Translations under genes and position numbers: made by a program
Shown: piece after piece, positions 49,701-56,303 of the stretch
How positions within the stretch are numbered: the first letter of the stretch is position 1
How the letters are laid out: the number at the start of each line of letters is the position of its first letter
The notes under the pieces: generated by a model
The model's database searches: none
What the model saw: only the letters and a program-made list of their open reading frames with translations
Told to the model about the DNA's origin: nothing
Assembly: GCA_006226545.1 (NCBI GenBank)
Contig: SBGR01000012.1
Span: 38,156 to 102,155 of the forward strand
Direction: 5' to 3'
Origin: Bacteroidota bacterium
GTDB taxonomy: Bacteria; Bacteroidota; Bacteroidia; UBA8524
DNA length: 64,000 bases

Positions 49701-49966
49701 CTTCGGTTTCGCCATTGTCGAATACTCAAATCAAAGTTTACCCTAACCCAAGTGCTGGACAGTTCAACCTTGAGTTTGCAGAAGCATTGAATGCAAATGC
49801 AACGATTCAGGTATACGACATGACCGGTAAATTGGTGATGGAAACAACTGCAAAAGCAGGTGTGAGCCAAATGCAATTGAACTTGAATGCTAATCCGGGT
49901 ATGTACCATGTACGTATCAGCGATGCACATTCAAACACAAGCTTGAAATTGGAAATTATCCGATAA
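43796..49966 (+). CDS. giant secreted surface protein E (2056 aa): signal peptide, ~270-aa glycine-rich domain, CARDB-like, FN3-like, beta-helix, PKD x2, CUB-like, PKD x2, GEVED, DUF5011 x~6, T9SS type-A CTD
   Basis: ATG 43796 with signal peptide MIKHYFQTKLWLVLVTLCSAVGLNA-QS. GGGGGTFVT…GGGGASSYNNRRSGGGGGYSGGGS is the Gly-rich block. PPPTNLSTSNITTSSANLKWEG…YYFYVREIC is the FN3-like region. GEFEDYPVQII is a GEVED end. The C-terminus IKVYPNPSAGQFNLEF…GMYHVRISDAHSNTSLKLEIIR is a T9SS CTD. Confidence 0.9.
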   Translation: MIKHYFQTKLWLVLVTLCSAVGLNAQSFTFTPAGATGQNGPTQAQINIAYQGGSLDGNVLSVSGIQYWIVPITGIYRIETTGAQGYGPFGGRGAKMTGEFFLNAGDTLKMAVGQAGGAPVGAGTNQYGGGGGTFVTKFDNTPLIIAGGGGGSWASAYNSTTDANIGTSGNDGVNGPANNGVGGINGNGGNGLSNAGAGAGLLSDATGDVSGGDAFVNGAVGGRAATNGGEGGFGGGGGASSYNNRRSGGGGGYSGGGSSAASSATAGFPEGGGGGSYNAGDRQNNVASVGYGDGEIVITILSTGAYNDAGAISVDEPKVFCSGLNDVIVSVRNFGANRMDSVRINWMIDTLLQPSFTYVGTLDTIGGTGSNTVQVNLGAFNFGSGPYAIKVWTSHPGGGIDTVNVNDTVRVVRQANLPPPTNLSTSNITTSSANLKWEGGNSLNTWAYVLSTSASTPVGPGTIVSVDSVVFNNLASRRTYYFYVREICASGDSSVWEGPISFRTDCGSPLAGTYTLDKNQAASTTNFVSFEDAALALAGCGVNGPVDIYVSADTYTERIELPAISGASSANLIRFIGAGIGQTILTYNASSTADHATWTFDGADFVELRDMTIGATNATNAIGVMFTNQADSNAIRNVNIEVSTSATGTGIFGVVFSGDKTSGTAYGRNGDYNHLDSVNITGGYYAIRLNGESANYTIENRFTNMSITNFYMYGIYAYYNKLTVIDNSTIQTTRNTGSDGIYTFYLANPTITNNTIVVPDYGIYFSNLNPAANYDSGIPSLVANNKIISTGDYGVYQISNGGALRFVHNSVNVNSGYAVRLNGGSRMVVANNHMRNYRTTAASYAFYTTGSFDTLDYNNYFSLGSGDFLYDGTAYSDFARWKSDHALVGQELFSYNVDPNFISNTDLHIDQTVQNLRGIDFGMTLDADGDVRCEFAPTLGADESNFATPIPTAQVVSEDSIYVNSPSGFYSAYQPLQNVLWDYTWYVNGSQESKSVDFTKTFGSTGTYQLILRARSCSGADRDTLMVNVINPSRVPATDFTASKLILNPLEETKLSDLSEYGATQWEWTVVPSTNAFFDNPYSNEPTLTIFDPGSYEICLQTANSVGQGNKLCKRAYISVNDDRAMCASNRTTNSAGRLTDENGVLGNYTPNTNCNFTINPCAGQVVLRFTEWGVNDANDKLYLYNGLDANAPLLGVFDGTSSLPGGVNGIVANSGKMHVVWTTDGAGQGTGFVAYWSSIADTTTSAPVADFNVPDSIFVDQIVEFTSTSQGQSLNYVWDFDLPNLEAGLDGGTGMSDRYSWNAGGQYPVRLMVSNCGGVDTMDKMVDVIAPTSAPVPGFTASRLRLPVLSTLTLTDTSRQGPATWNWEITPAATVNILSKDQGPQMQVAFMKSGLYTVKLKVSNSVGVDSVVRVDYIEVFDYCAPVVGNISSDVAISRVQFGGIDNYSSVGVDKYTSYINDFNAEVLPRRSTFDIRLERMNTQDPMNRKVWIDWNNDGDFNDSLELVAYEASANTQSYTATVTVPDFAVPAFTLLRVGVSYGADQNRACGINPTGEFEDYPVQIIIDNEGPVITMLGQDTVYVEQGYQYTDAGATALDNVDGNRTSFITLNNTVDTSMVGNYFVKYNVLDVDGNAAVEQTRVVIVTPDVTAPVITLTGANSVNVTVLTTYTDDGATASDYFQQNLNNSLSFSDNIDMTQLGTYHYWYTVQDAAGNYDSVAREVNVIDDVNPVVIVANAGPIVIDVYEDINAPAFNITDNFDPNPVVVIDSSAVDKTMPGIYDMVYTGMDGSGNTSSVIVQVEVKDLTLPVITLIGSDTVIVDVYDSYNEQGAQVTDNYCNGLTWSVMNQPMTSVLGDYVLSYNAVDCQGNAALTVNRVVRVVDREAPVVELNGFAVSTIIRWQGFNDPGVTIVDNYYDNAQLQDSVKITSNLDPNTVGVYSMCYRVTDLSGNTSSSVCRTVNVVENLTSVSPLSNTQIKVYPNPSAGQFNLEFAEALNANATIQVYDMTGKLVMETTAKAGVSQMQLNLNANPGMYHVRISDAHSNTSLKLEIIR
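47171..47512 (+). other. CUB-like domain inside gene E
   Basis: RAMCASNRTTNSAGRLTDENGVLGNYTPNTNCNFTINPCAGQVVLRFTEWGVNDANDKLYLYNGLDANAPLLGVFDG…ANSGKMHVVWTTDGAGQGTGFVAYWSS. Confidence 0.5.
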
Positions 49967-49990
49967 GAAGCAATAGTAATTAATTGGAAA

Positions 49991-50017
49991 AGGGAACCTT
50001 CGGGTTCCCTTTTTTGT
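49991..50017 (+). terminator. rho-independent terminator after gene E
   Basis: aaGGGAACCttcgGGTTCCCtttttt. Confidence 0.65.
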
Positions 50018-50087
50018 TAATAATTCAAAAGGAAAGGTGCCGCAGGTATTTAGGCATTTGCCTATTTTCGGAATTCTAAATTCAATT

Positions 50088-50918
50088 ATGATGAAAAGAA
50101 TTATTCCTATGGCCCTTGTTGGTTTGAGCATCGTCGGACTAGCTTGGACCCTAGCGCCGAACAAAGCGCTAACCGATTTAGAAGTGTATACCGAGAAAGG
50201 TAAAACCTATTTCCGTGGTGTTTGGACCAAAGGCACCAACGCACAATCGCTAAAAGCCTATGATAGTCCTGAAGACTTTGAAAACGCTTGGGAAGAAATG
50301 GGCAAGACAGGCTTCTCGCTTCGCGATATTGCCATCGATGAAAAAGAAGACGCTGTAAAGGTATACGCGGTTTACGAGAAACTGGCCGACAAAACCACGC
50401 CGGTGAAATTTAATACCTGGGCTGAGTTTGAAACAGACTGGAAAGCCAAAGAAAAGGCAGGTCAGGAATTGGTAGACTTTGACTATTACTACCTCTACGG
50501 TGAAGAAGTATTCTACGGTGTTTACGGTGGCTCAGGTAAAAAGATTCACCTCTTTAAAACCAAAACTTGGGGCGACATGGAAAATACCATCAAAGAATAC
50601 GGAACTAAGAAAAGAGAGCTTAAAGACTTAGATAGAGCGAAAATTGATGGCGATTGGAACTACATTGGTTTCTTTACAGAAGGCGACAAAGCGCTTACTT
50701 ACAAAGCCTTTAAAGTATCGAGCAACGAAGCCGTTGAGCGCCAAGCCGGAGCAAATGCGAAAAAAGGTGAAATCCTTATCGAAGCAGACGGTTTTGAGCA
50801 AGGTAACGCCATTACACACATCACCGTTTACGTGAAACAGCCTCAGCCAAATGCTTTGTTTAGCTCCACTTCATGGACAGACTTTGAAGCGAAGTTTAAA
50901 GAATTAAGTCCGCAGTAA
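50088..50918 (+). CDS. hypothetical secreted protein with ~5 internal ~45-aa W/F/Y-rich repeats
   Basis: Track start 50037 is GTG. ATG 50088 gives the signal peptide MMKRIIPMALVGLSIVGLAWTLA. Repeats such as FENAWEEMGKTGF, FNTWAEFETDWKAKEKAG, TKTWGDMENTIKEYG and STSWTDFEAKFKEL. No family recognised. Confidence 0.5.
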   Translation: MMKRIIPMALVGLSIVGLAWTLAPNKALTDLEVYTEKGKTYFRGVWTKGTNAQSLKAYDSPEDFENAWEEMGKTGFSLRDIAIDEKEDAVKVYAVYEKLADKTTPVKFNTWAEFETDWKAKEKAGQELVDFDYYYLYGEEVFYGVYGGSGKKIHLFKTKTWGDMENTIKEYGTKKRELKDLDRAKIDGDWNYIGFFTEGDKALTYKAFKVSSNEAVERQAGANAKKGEILIEADGFEQGNAITHITVYVKQPQPNALFSSTSWTDFEAKFKELSPQ

Positions 50919-50943
50919 GTCGGGAAATAATACCAAAGCAAGG

Positions 50944-50992
50944 AAGCGGTAATTGGGTGGTCAAAGCCTGATTGCCGCTTCTTTCTTTTAAA
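50944..50992 (+). terminator. hairpin plus T-rich tract after the repeat-protein gene
   Basis: GAAGCGGtaattgggtggtcaaagcctgattgCCGCTTCtttctttt. Confidence 0.35.
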
Positions 50993-51013
50993 TGCTAGTC
51001 CTAATTTGCGGGC

Positions 51014-52720
51014 ATGCAAAAGAATTGGAGGGCAAAGCCGATACCCACACCCGAAGTGGTCAATCACTTGAAGTCTGTATTGGGTATTGGCGATATACTT
51101 GCTATCCTTTTAGCGCAGCGTGGCATTCAAACCTTTGATGAGGCCAAACACTTTTTTCGACCCGATAAATCCTTTCTCCATGATCCATTTTTAATGCCCG
51201 ATATGCAGGCCGCAGTGAACCGCATTGAAGTGGCGCTAAAAAAAGGGGAGAAGGTTCTCTTATTTGGAGATTACGACGTAGACGGCACCACATCCGTAAG
51301 CTTGATGTACCTTTTCTTAAAACCGCACCATGATCAATTGGAATTTTATATCCCCGATCGTTTTCTGGAAGGGTACGGAATTTCCCAAGCAGGCATCGAC
51401 TATGCAGCAAACGAAGGATTCTCCTTGGTCATATCCTTAGATTGTGGGGTGAAGTCGGTAGAGCTGATTGCTCAGGCCAAAGAACGCGGTATTGATTTCA
51501 TCGTTTGCGACCACCACGAGCCAGGGGAAGTTCTTCCGCCTGCCATTGCGGTATTAGACGCCAAAAGAAAAGATTCCAACTACCCTTATACAGAGCTTTC
51601 GGGCTGCGGGGTTGGTTTCAAATTGGCTCAAGCCTTAACACAGTACTTTGTTTGGCCTGAGGATGATTTGTGGGCGTTGATGGATTTTGTAGCCGTTAGC
51701 ATTGCTTGCGATATTGTTCAGATGGATGGTGAAAACCGGGCTTTGAGTTATTTAGGTATGCAAAAGCTCAATGCCAATCCGCATCCAGGAATCAAAGTAC
51801 TCTTAAAGAAGGCTTTTGAGAAAAACCCGAAGAAGGTCTATGATATTAGCGACGTGCTTTTTTATGCCGGTCCACGCATCAATGCAGCAGGCCGACTCTA
51901 TCACGCCAAAGGCGCTGTTGAATTACTTATTGAGCAATCAGAAGACAAGGCTTGGGAGTTTGCTCAAGCGCTTCACCTGCACAATGAGCAGCGACGAAAC
52001 CTAGAGCAAGAAATCAGCAAGCAAGCCGAATCCGAATTAGAGGCAATGCCGGATTTTGCTAAGTCCAAATCAACCGTAGCTTATAATCCGGAATGGAATA
52101 AAGGGGTTATCGGTATCGTAGCCTCACGCTTGGTAGAGAAATACTATAGGCCAACCATTGTTCTCACTCGATCTGAAGGGAAATTGGCGGGTTCAGCACG
52201 CTCAGTAGGTAACTTTGATATTCATTCGGCTATTGAGGCCTGCTCAGAACATTTATTGCAGTTTGGAGGTCATACCCATGCGGCGGGATTAACCTTGAAA
52301 GAAGAGAATCTAGTGGCGTTTAAAGCGGCTTTTGAAAAGGTGGTGACTGAGCGAATCCATCCGGATGATCTTCAGCCTAGCTTGGAATACGACTTGGAAA
52401 TTCCTTTGAACCTAATCCACGACAAGTGGGTTGATAAGTTGATGCAAATGAACCCATTCGGGCCCGGTAATATGAATCCGATTTTTATGTCGAGAAAAGT
52501 TCGCGATACGGGCATGCCGAAAGCCTATGGAGAACACCTATCGCTAAACCTTTGGGCCGGTGAGCAAGTGATTGGCGCGATGGCATTTTCGCAAGCTGTA
52601 AATCTAAATGCTGTAAAGCAGGGCAAACTTTTTGATATTTGCTACCACATTGATCGTTCAGAATTCAATGGCAAAACACGATTGCAGTTGCGAATTCTGG
52701 ACATGAAGCCTTCGGAATAA
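51014..52720 (+). CDS. recJ: single-stranded-DNA-specific exonuclease RecJ
   Basis: 568 aa with DHH phosphoesterase motifs ([21 protein letters not shown]) and a DHHA1 region (GGHTHAAGL). Confidence 0.9.
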   Translation: MQKNWRAKPIPTPEVVNHLKSVLGIGDILAILLAQRGIQTFDEAKHFFRPDKSFLHDPFLMPDMQAAVNRIEVALKKGEKVLLFGDYDVDGTTSVSLMYLFLKPHHDQLEFYIPDRFLEGYGISQAGIDYAANEGFSLVISLDCGVKSVELIAQAKERGIDFIVCDHHEPGEVLPPAIAVLDAKRKDSNYPYTELSGCGVGFKLAQALTQYFVWPEDDLWALMDFVAVSIACDIVQMDGENRALSYLGMQKLNANPHPGIKVLLKKAFEKNPKKVYDISDVLFYAGPRINAAGRLYHAKGAVELLIEQSEDKAWEFAQALHLHNEQRRNLEQEISKQAESELEAMPDFAKSKSTVAYNPEWNKGVIGIVASRLVEKYYRPTIVLTRSEGKLAGSARSVGNFDIHSAIEACSEHLLQFGGHTHAAGLTLKEENLVAFKAAFEKVVTERIHPDDLQPSLEYDLEIPLNLIHDKWVDKLMQMNPFGPGNMNPIFMSRKVRDTGMPKAYGEHLSLNLWAGEQVIGAMAFSQAVNLNAVKQGKLFDICYHIDRSEFNGKTRLQLRILDMKPSE

Positions 52721-53460
52721 TGATCTTAAGAACTGAAAATCTCCTCAAACAATACCGTCACCGTAAAGTGGTAAACGATGTGTCCATACAAGTGGAACAA
52801 GGAGAAATTGTTGGATTGCTTGGTCCGAATGGCGCCGGTAAAACCACTACCTTTTACATGACAGTGGGTTTGGTGAGTGCAGATGACGGCAGAATCTTTC
52901 TCGACGATGAAGACATCACCAAACTTCCAATGTACAAAAGAGCCCAAAAGGGTATTGGATACTTACCACAAGAAGCTTCTGTTTTTAGAAAGCTCACGGT
53001 AGAAGACAATATCTTGGCGGTTCTAGAGATGACCAACTTGAGCAAAGCCGATCGAAAGGCAAAGCTGGAAGAGCTGATAGAAGAATTCAGTTTGCACAAG
53101 GTGAGAAAGAATCTTGGTCAAGTACTTAGTGGTGGTGAGCGAAGAAGGACGGAAATAGCCCGAGCCTTGGCTACTGATCCGAAGTTTATCTTGTTGGATG
53201 AGCCGTTTGCCGGTGTTGACCCAATTGCGGTAGAAGACATTCAAGGCATCATTCATACGCTTAAAAAGAAAAATATCGGTGTACTAATCACGGATCATAA
53301 CGTGGACGAAACACTCGGAATCACAGACCGTGCTTATTTACTTTTTGAAGGAAAGCTGCTCAAAGAAGGTACCCCGGAAGAATTGGCTGAAGATGAAATG
53401 GTGCGCCGTGTCTACCTCGGTAAGAACTTCGTCTTGCGAAAAGCTTTCGCAGGAAGATAG
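52720..53460 (+). CDS. lptB: LPS export ABC transporter ATP-binding protein LptB
   Basis: 246 aa with Walker [14 protein letters not shown], the LptB-typical [15 protein letters not shown], signature LSGGERRR and Walker [10 protein letters not shown]. Start overlaps the recJ stop. Confidence 0.85.
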   Translation: MILRTENLLKQYRHRKVVNDVSIQVEQGEIVGLLGPNGAGKTTTFYMTVGLVSADDGRIFLDDEDITKLPMYKRAQKGIGYLPQEASVFRKLTVEDNILAVLEMTNLSKADRKAKLEELIEEFSLHKVRKNLGQVLSGGERRRTEIARALATDPKFILLDEPFAGVDPIAVEDIQGIIHTLKKKNIGVLITDHNVDETLGITDRAYLLFEGKLLKEGTPEELAEDEMVRRVYLGKNFVLRKAFAGR

Positions 53461-53482
53461 GGTGCAAATTATAATTTCTGTT

Positions 53483-53503
53483 GGGACGCCACGCTTGGCG
53501 TCC
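53483..53503. repeat. REP-like palindrome copy 1 (GGACGCCAcgctTGGCGTCC core)
   Basis: 7-8 bp stem with a 4-nt loop. The identical 25-nt sequence tgt(t/g)gggacgccacgcttggcgtcc recurs at 53655-53676 and, inverted, at 53995-54020. Confidence 0.6.
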
Positions 53504-53654
53504 GTCGGGAAGATAGGGTGCAAATTATAATTTCTGTGGGGACGCTGGAATATAGAGTGTGAAATGTTATTTCTGTGGGGACGCTGTAAGATAGAGTGTG
53601 AAATATTATTTCTATGGGGACTCTGGAATATAGAGTGTAAATTGTTATTTCTGT

Positions 53655-53676
53655 GGGGACGCCACGCTTGGCGTCC
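53655..53676. repeat. REP-like palindrome copy 2
   Basis: ggggacgccacgcttggcgtcc at the end of the 39-nt array, ~40 nt from the 3' end of the RAYT gene. Confidence 0.6.
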
Positions 53677-53715
53677 GTCCTTCCTTCCTAATAGCAGAGC
53701 TAACAGCTTTTTAAA

Positions 53716-54393
53716 TCATTTCCCTTTCCAGTTTTCTGGATTCTTTTTGATATACCAGCTGATGGTCTCAAATGATTCTTGATCTCGGACAATATGCTCG
53801 TAGAAACGACTTTGCCAAGCAAAATCAGGTTCGATATTTCGAGCTCTAGTTGTTACTGCTGATTTAAATCCTCTCATGATGGAAGCCAAATTATTGGATT
53901 GAGGACCAAATTGATTTTGAGGACTTTCACTCAAGTTTTGGAAAGGATTGATAACAGGAATGTCGTGGGGTAGTTTTGAGCTGTTCTCCGCATTGGGGAC
54001 GCCAAGCGTGGCGTCCCAACATTGAATTGAATCCTCAACCTTATGAGGGTCTCCTTCAATTATCTTGGCATCTCTTATTTCATTGTAATCAAGATTAGTT
54101 GCAGTATACTGCAGGTTACCTGAATTGTCGCCGATGCCAATCAAAGCATGAAAGTGGTTAGGCATCACTATGAATTCTCCCCTGAATAAGTTCAAATAGC
54201 TCCTGATTTCGAACGTTTTTATCCATTCATCTTGGACAATTTTACCAATTGAACTTAGCTGAATTTTAGAGTCTATAAATTCTCCAAAATGGCATAGTCG
54301 GTTTTTTGTAATCAACGTAATGAAATACAATCCAGAATTGGCATAATTCCAATGCTGTATCCTTAGCGATTCACCATAATATCGTTTAGTCAT
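53716..54393 (-). CDS. REP-associated tyrosine transposase (RAYT; IS200/IS605-like Y1 HUH transposase family)
   Basis: 225 aa with an N-terminal YFITLITKNR… strand, the HUH motif MPNHFHALIG, and a conserved SIMRGFKSAVTTRARN…FAWQSRFYEHIVRD block with the catalytic Tyr. The HUH-to-Tyr spacing is ~45 aa longer than usual because of the REP-containing insert. Confidence 0.7.
   Translation of the reverse strand: MTKRYYGESLRIQHWNYANSGLYFITLITKNRLCHFGEFIDSKIQLSSIGKIVQDEWIKTFEIRSYLNLFRGEFIVMPNHFHALIGIGDNSGNLQYTATNLDYNEIRDAKIIEGDPHKVEDSIQCWDATLGVPNAENSSKLPHDIPVINPFQNLSESPQNQFGPQSNNLASIMRGFKSAVTTRARNIEPDFAWQSRFYEHIVRDQESFETISWYIKKNPENWKGK
53995..54020. repeat. REP-like palindrome copy 3, inverted orientation, inside the RAYT coding sequence
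   Basis: ggggacgccaagcgtggcgtcccaac is the reverse complement of copies 1 and 2 including flanks. It encodes …CWDATLGVPNAE… in the transposase frame. Confidence 0.6.
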
Positions 54394-54510
54394 AAGTATA
54401 CAGATAAAGGTAGCTTGTTGTTAACTAACTGATTTCATTAAAGTTTCATCTTTTGGTTGAGGGCATGTATCTTTTTAAACTTTCGACGTTATAGTGTCAA
54501 TTGACCGCCT

Positions 54511-56286
54511 ATGAAACGTCTCCTTTTTGTCCTTGCTCTCGCTGCGACCTCGCTACTTTTTCTCATTCCTGGTTCGAAAGAATCTGTTGAAAAACCGGAG
54601 TCACTTTCTCAGGATTTACCCTCTGATATCACTGACCTTCCTTATGTTGGAGACTTTGAATCAGAACCCACTTCAATGCGCTGGGTGTCTTTTTCTAGCG
54701 AAACACTACCAATCCTTAATCCTCCTTCATTTGCTCTACCGGAGCAATTAGCAGATTCTTTGCAGTGCGACTTGCCTCTTTTAGAAAGTCCCCAAACTTT
54801 GGGTTCCTTTCAATTCAAGGAGGTAAAAAATGTAAATCCGCCATTTCCGACTATTCAGGTTCCACATGAAGTAATTACCGTCTCGGCCGCTGACTTGAAA
54901 TATGTGCAGAAACTGAAATTCATGGATGGAACGGTTTTAAATATTCCGGCAAATGCCCTCTGCATGAAAGACGGCAGCGACGTTAAAGATCCTATTCAAG
55001 TTGCTTATATGCCGCTGGATAATGCCTTTGATGTAATGTTGAGTGGTATACCAATGACCTACGATAGCGCAGGGGGACAAAGTCTTTTCCAAACCGCAGG
55101 TATGTTTCGCTTAGAAGCAAAAACAAATAAGGGTGAAGAGGTGGTTTTGAAGGACGGAAAAGCCATGAATATAGCCATGCCGACGGTAGATACCGGTGGG
55201 CGGTACAACGACTATCGATTTGATGAGCAAAGCGGAATATGGAAGTTTCAGGAGACATCTGTATCGGCTTATAATTCCTTTGTGAGAGTGGAGAATTCTA
55301 AAGAATCAGAAAGTCTAGACTACTTGTTTTTCAACAAAGACTATGCATATACCTATTCGACGGAAAACCGATTGACGCCCACCAACCTTTGTGTAAATCA
55401 TTCTCGTAAGCATAACTCCTGCCGCATACATGAGCCTTATAACATTAAGCCCAGCAGAATAAAAACCATTTACTTCAAAACACAGACGGTACGAAACGCC
55501 GAAGACAAAACGAAGAGTATCTACTTTACAGCAGAAAAACCTGATTACTATTGGGCTTTCAATCCGGAATGGAGAGTGTTCAACAACTGGAAATTTAAGT
55601 CCATCGATTATACCGAATCCAAAGAATTTAGGTTAGCCTACAAGGGTGGTAAGCGGTATAACGACATGCGTTTGATTTGGGATGGAAAAAGCAATGATGT
55701 GCTTTTATTGTTAAAACATGGTGGAGGAATGGATAGTCTCCATGCAGAAGCTTGGGACCTGAACGATAGAAAGGCATTTCAATTGCGTCGAACTTTCGCT
55801 AGAAAATACCGTCGTTACCAACGTGAATTGAACAAAAGAGAAGAGTGCCATAGAGCCAACATGCGGAGATTTCAGACTCAAACTGATCGGATGAAATTGG
55901 TGCAAACCAGACCGATGGTGCTCCCGGGTTTCGGAATTTACAACTGTGATCGAACCTACCTAATGGCAAGTCCACGCAGGTATACAAAGCTAGAATACAC
56001 AACGGCTGAAGGTCTATTGATAATGCCTTCTCAGATCATTGTTTTGGACGAGAAAGCTAGAGGTGCATTTTTCCTTAATTCAATGAGTTTTAATGCATGT
56101 ACAAAGGGTACCGTGGCGGTTTTAACATCGGATACTTCTGGGAATATGCTAGCCTGTTCAGGCAAACATTTAGCGCAATATGGAAGTTACAAAGGAGGCA
56201 AAAGGCTTAGCTTTCAAGTTGTGCCGGATGAAGTTAAAGAATACACAGCATTGCAGAATTGGCTGGAGAGTTTGAGTGAAGAATAA
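54511..56286 (+). CDS. hypothetical secreted protein, 591 aa, no recognisable domain
   Basis: ATG 54511 with signal peptide MKRLLFVLALAATSLLFLIPG. Long uninterrupted ORF with Cys-poor, Lys/Arg-rich composition in its second half. No motif recognised. Confidence 0.5.
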   Translation: MKRLLFVLALAATSLLFLIPGSKESVEKPESLSQDLPSDITDLPYVGDFESEPTSMRWVSFSSETLPILNPPSFALPEQLADSLQCDLPLLESPQTLGSFQFKEVKNVNPPFPTIQVPHEVITVSAADLKYVQKLKFMDGTVLNIPANALCMKDGSDVKDPIQVAYMPLDNAFDVMLSGIPMTYDSAGGQSLFQTAGMFRLEAKTNKGEEVVLKDGKAMNIAMPTVDTGGRYNDYRFDEQSGIWKFQETSVSAYNSFVRVENSKESESLDYLFFNKDYAYTYSTENRLTPTNLCVNHSRKHNSCRIHEPYNIKPSRIKTIYFKTQTVRNAEDKTKSIYFTAEKPDYYWAFNPEWRVFNNWKFKSIDYTESKEFRLAYKGGKRYNDMRLIWDGKSNDVLLLLKHGGGMDSLHAEAWDLNDRKAFQLRRTFARKYRRYQRELNKREECHRANMRRFQTQTDRMKLVQTRPMVLPGFGIYNCDRTYLMASPRRYTKLEYTTAEGLLIMPSQIIVLDEKARGAFFLNSMSFNACTKGTVAVLTSDTSGNMLACSGKHLAQYGSYKGGKRLSFQVVPDEVKEYTALQNWLESLSEE

Positions 56287-56303
56287 TCTGCATCTTTGCT
56301 TTT

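Larger units (their letters stand above)
53455..53680 (+). repeat. tandem array of five 39-nt direct repeats (consensus a[gt]atagagtgtgaaat[ga]ttatttctgtggggacgctgga); first and last units extended by a REP palindrome
   Basis: Units at 53455-53510 (with REP), 53511-53549, 53550-53588, 53589-53627 and 53628-53680 (with REP). The units are contiguous with no spacers. The array starts inside the last codons of lptB. Confidence 0.8.
53455..54393 (-). mobile_element. REP/RAYT locus (RAYT gene plus flanking REP/tandem-repeat array)
   Basis: Co-occurrence of a Y1 HUH transposase gene with three copies of the same palindrome and a 39-nt tandem array between lptB and the next gene. The region is AT-richer than flanking core genes. 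Confidence 0.6.

Noticed and set aside
18095-49966. Whether the giant genes could be Rhs/polymorphic toxins or targets of a diversity-generating retroelement
   Set aside because: No YD/RHS repeats, no C-terminal toxin-like domains after the CTD, no reverse-transcriptase ORF, and no template/variable repeat pair were found in or near the array. The C-termini are T9SS sorting domains, which fits adhesin or surface-protein cargo instead.
53455-53680. Possible CRISPR array (regularly spaced ~39-nt repeats containing a palindrome)
   Set aside because: The units are directly contiguous with no unique spacers between them. The repeat itself degenerates from unit to unit, there are no cas genes nearby, and the palindrome matches the REP copies around the adjacent RAYT gene. 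It is a REP-derived tandem repeat, not CRISPR.
53564-53782. 72-aa ORF MLFLWGRCKIECEILFLWGLWNIECKLLFLWGR…
   Set aside because: It is simply the periodic translation of the 39-nt tandem repeats (LFLWG repeats every 13 codons). It is not a gene.
54496-54505. Perfect 10-bp palindrome GTCAATTGAC 5 nt upstream of the 591-aa gene, and 14-bp AGTTATAGATAACT at 41571-41584 just after gene D
   Set aside because: Roughly 60 perfect 10-bp palindromes and about 15 6+2+6 palindromes are expected by chance in 64 kb. Without conservation or a second copy these are not evidence of a binding site.
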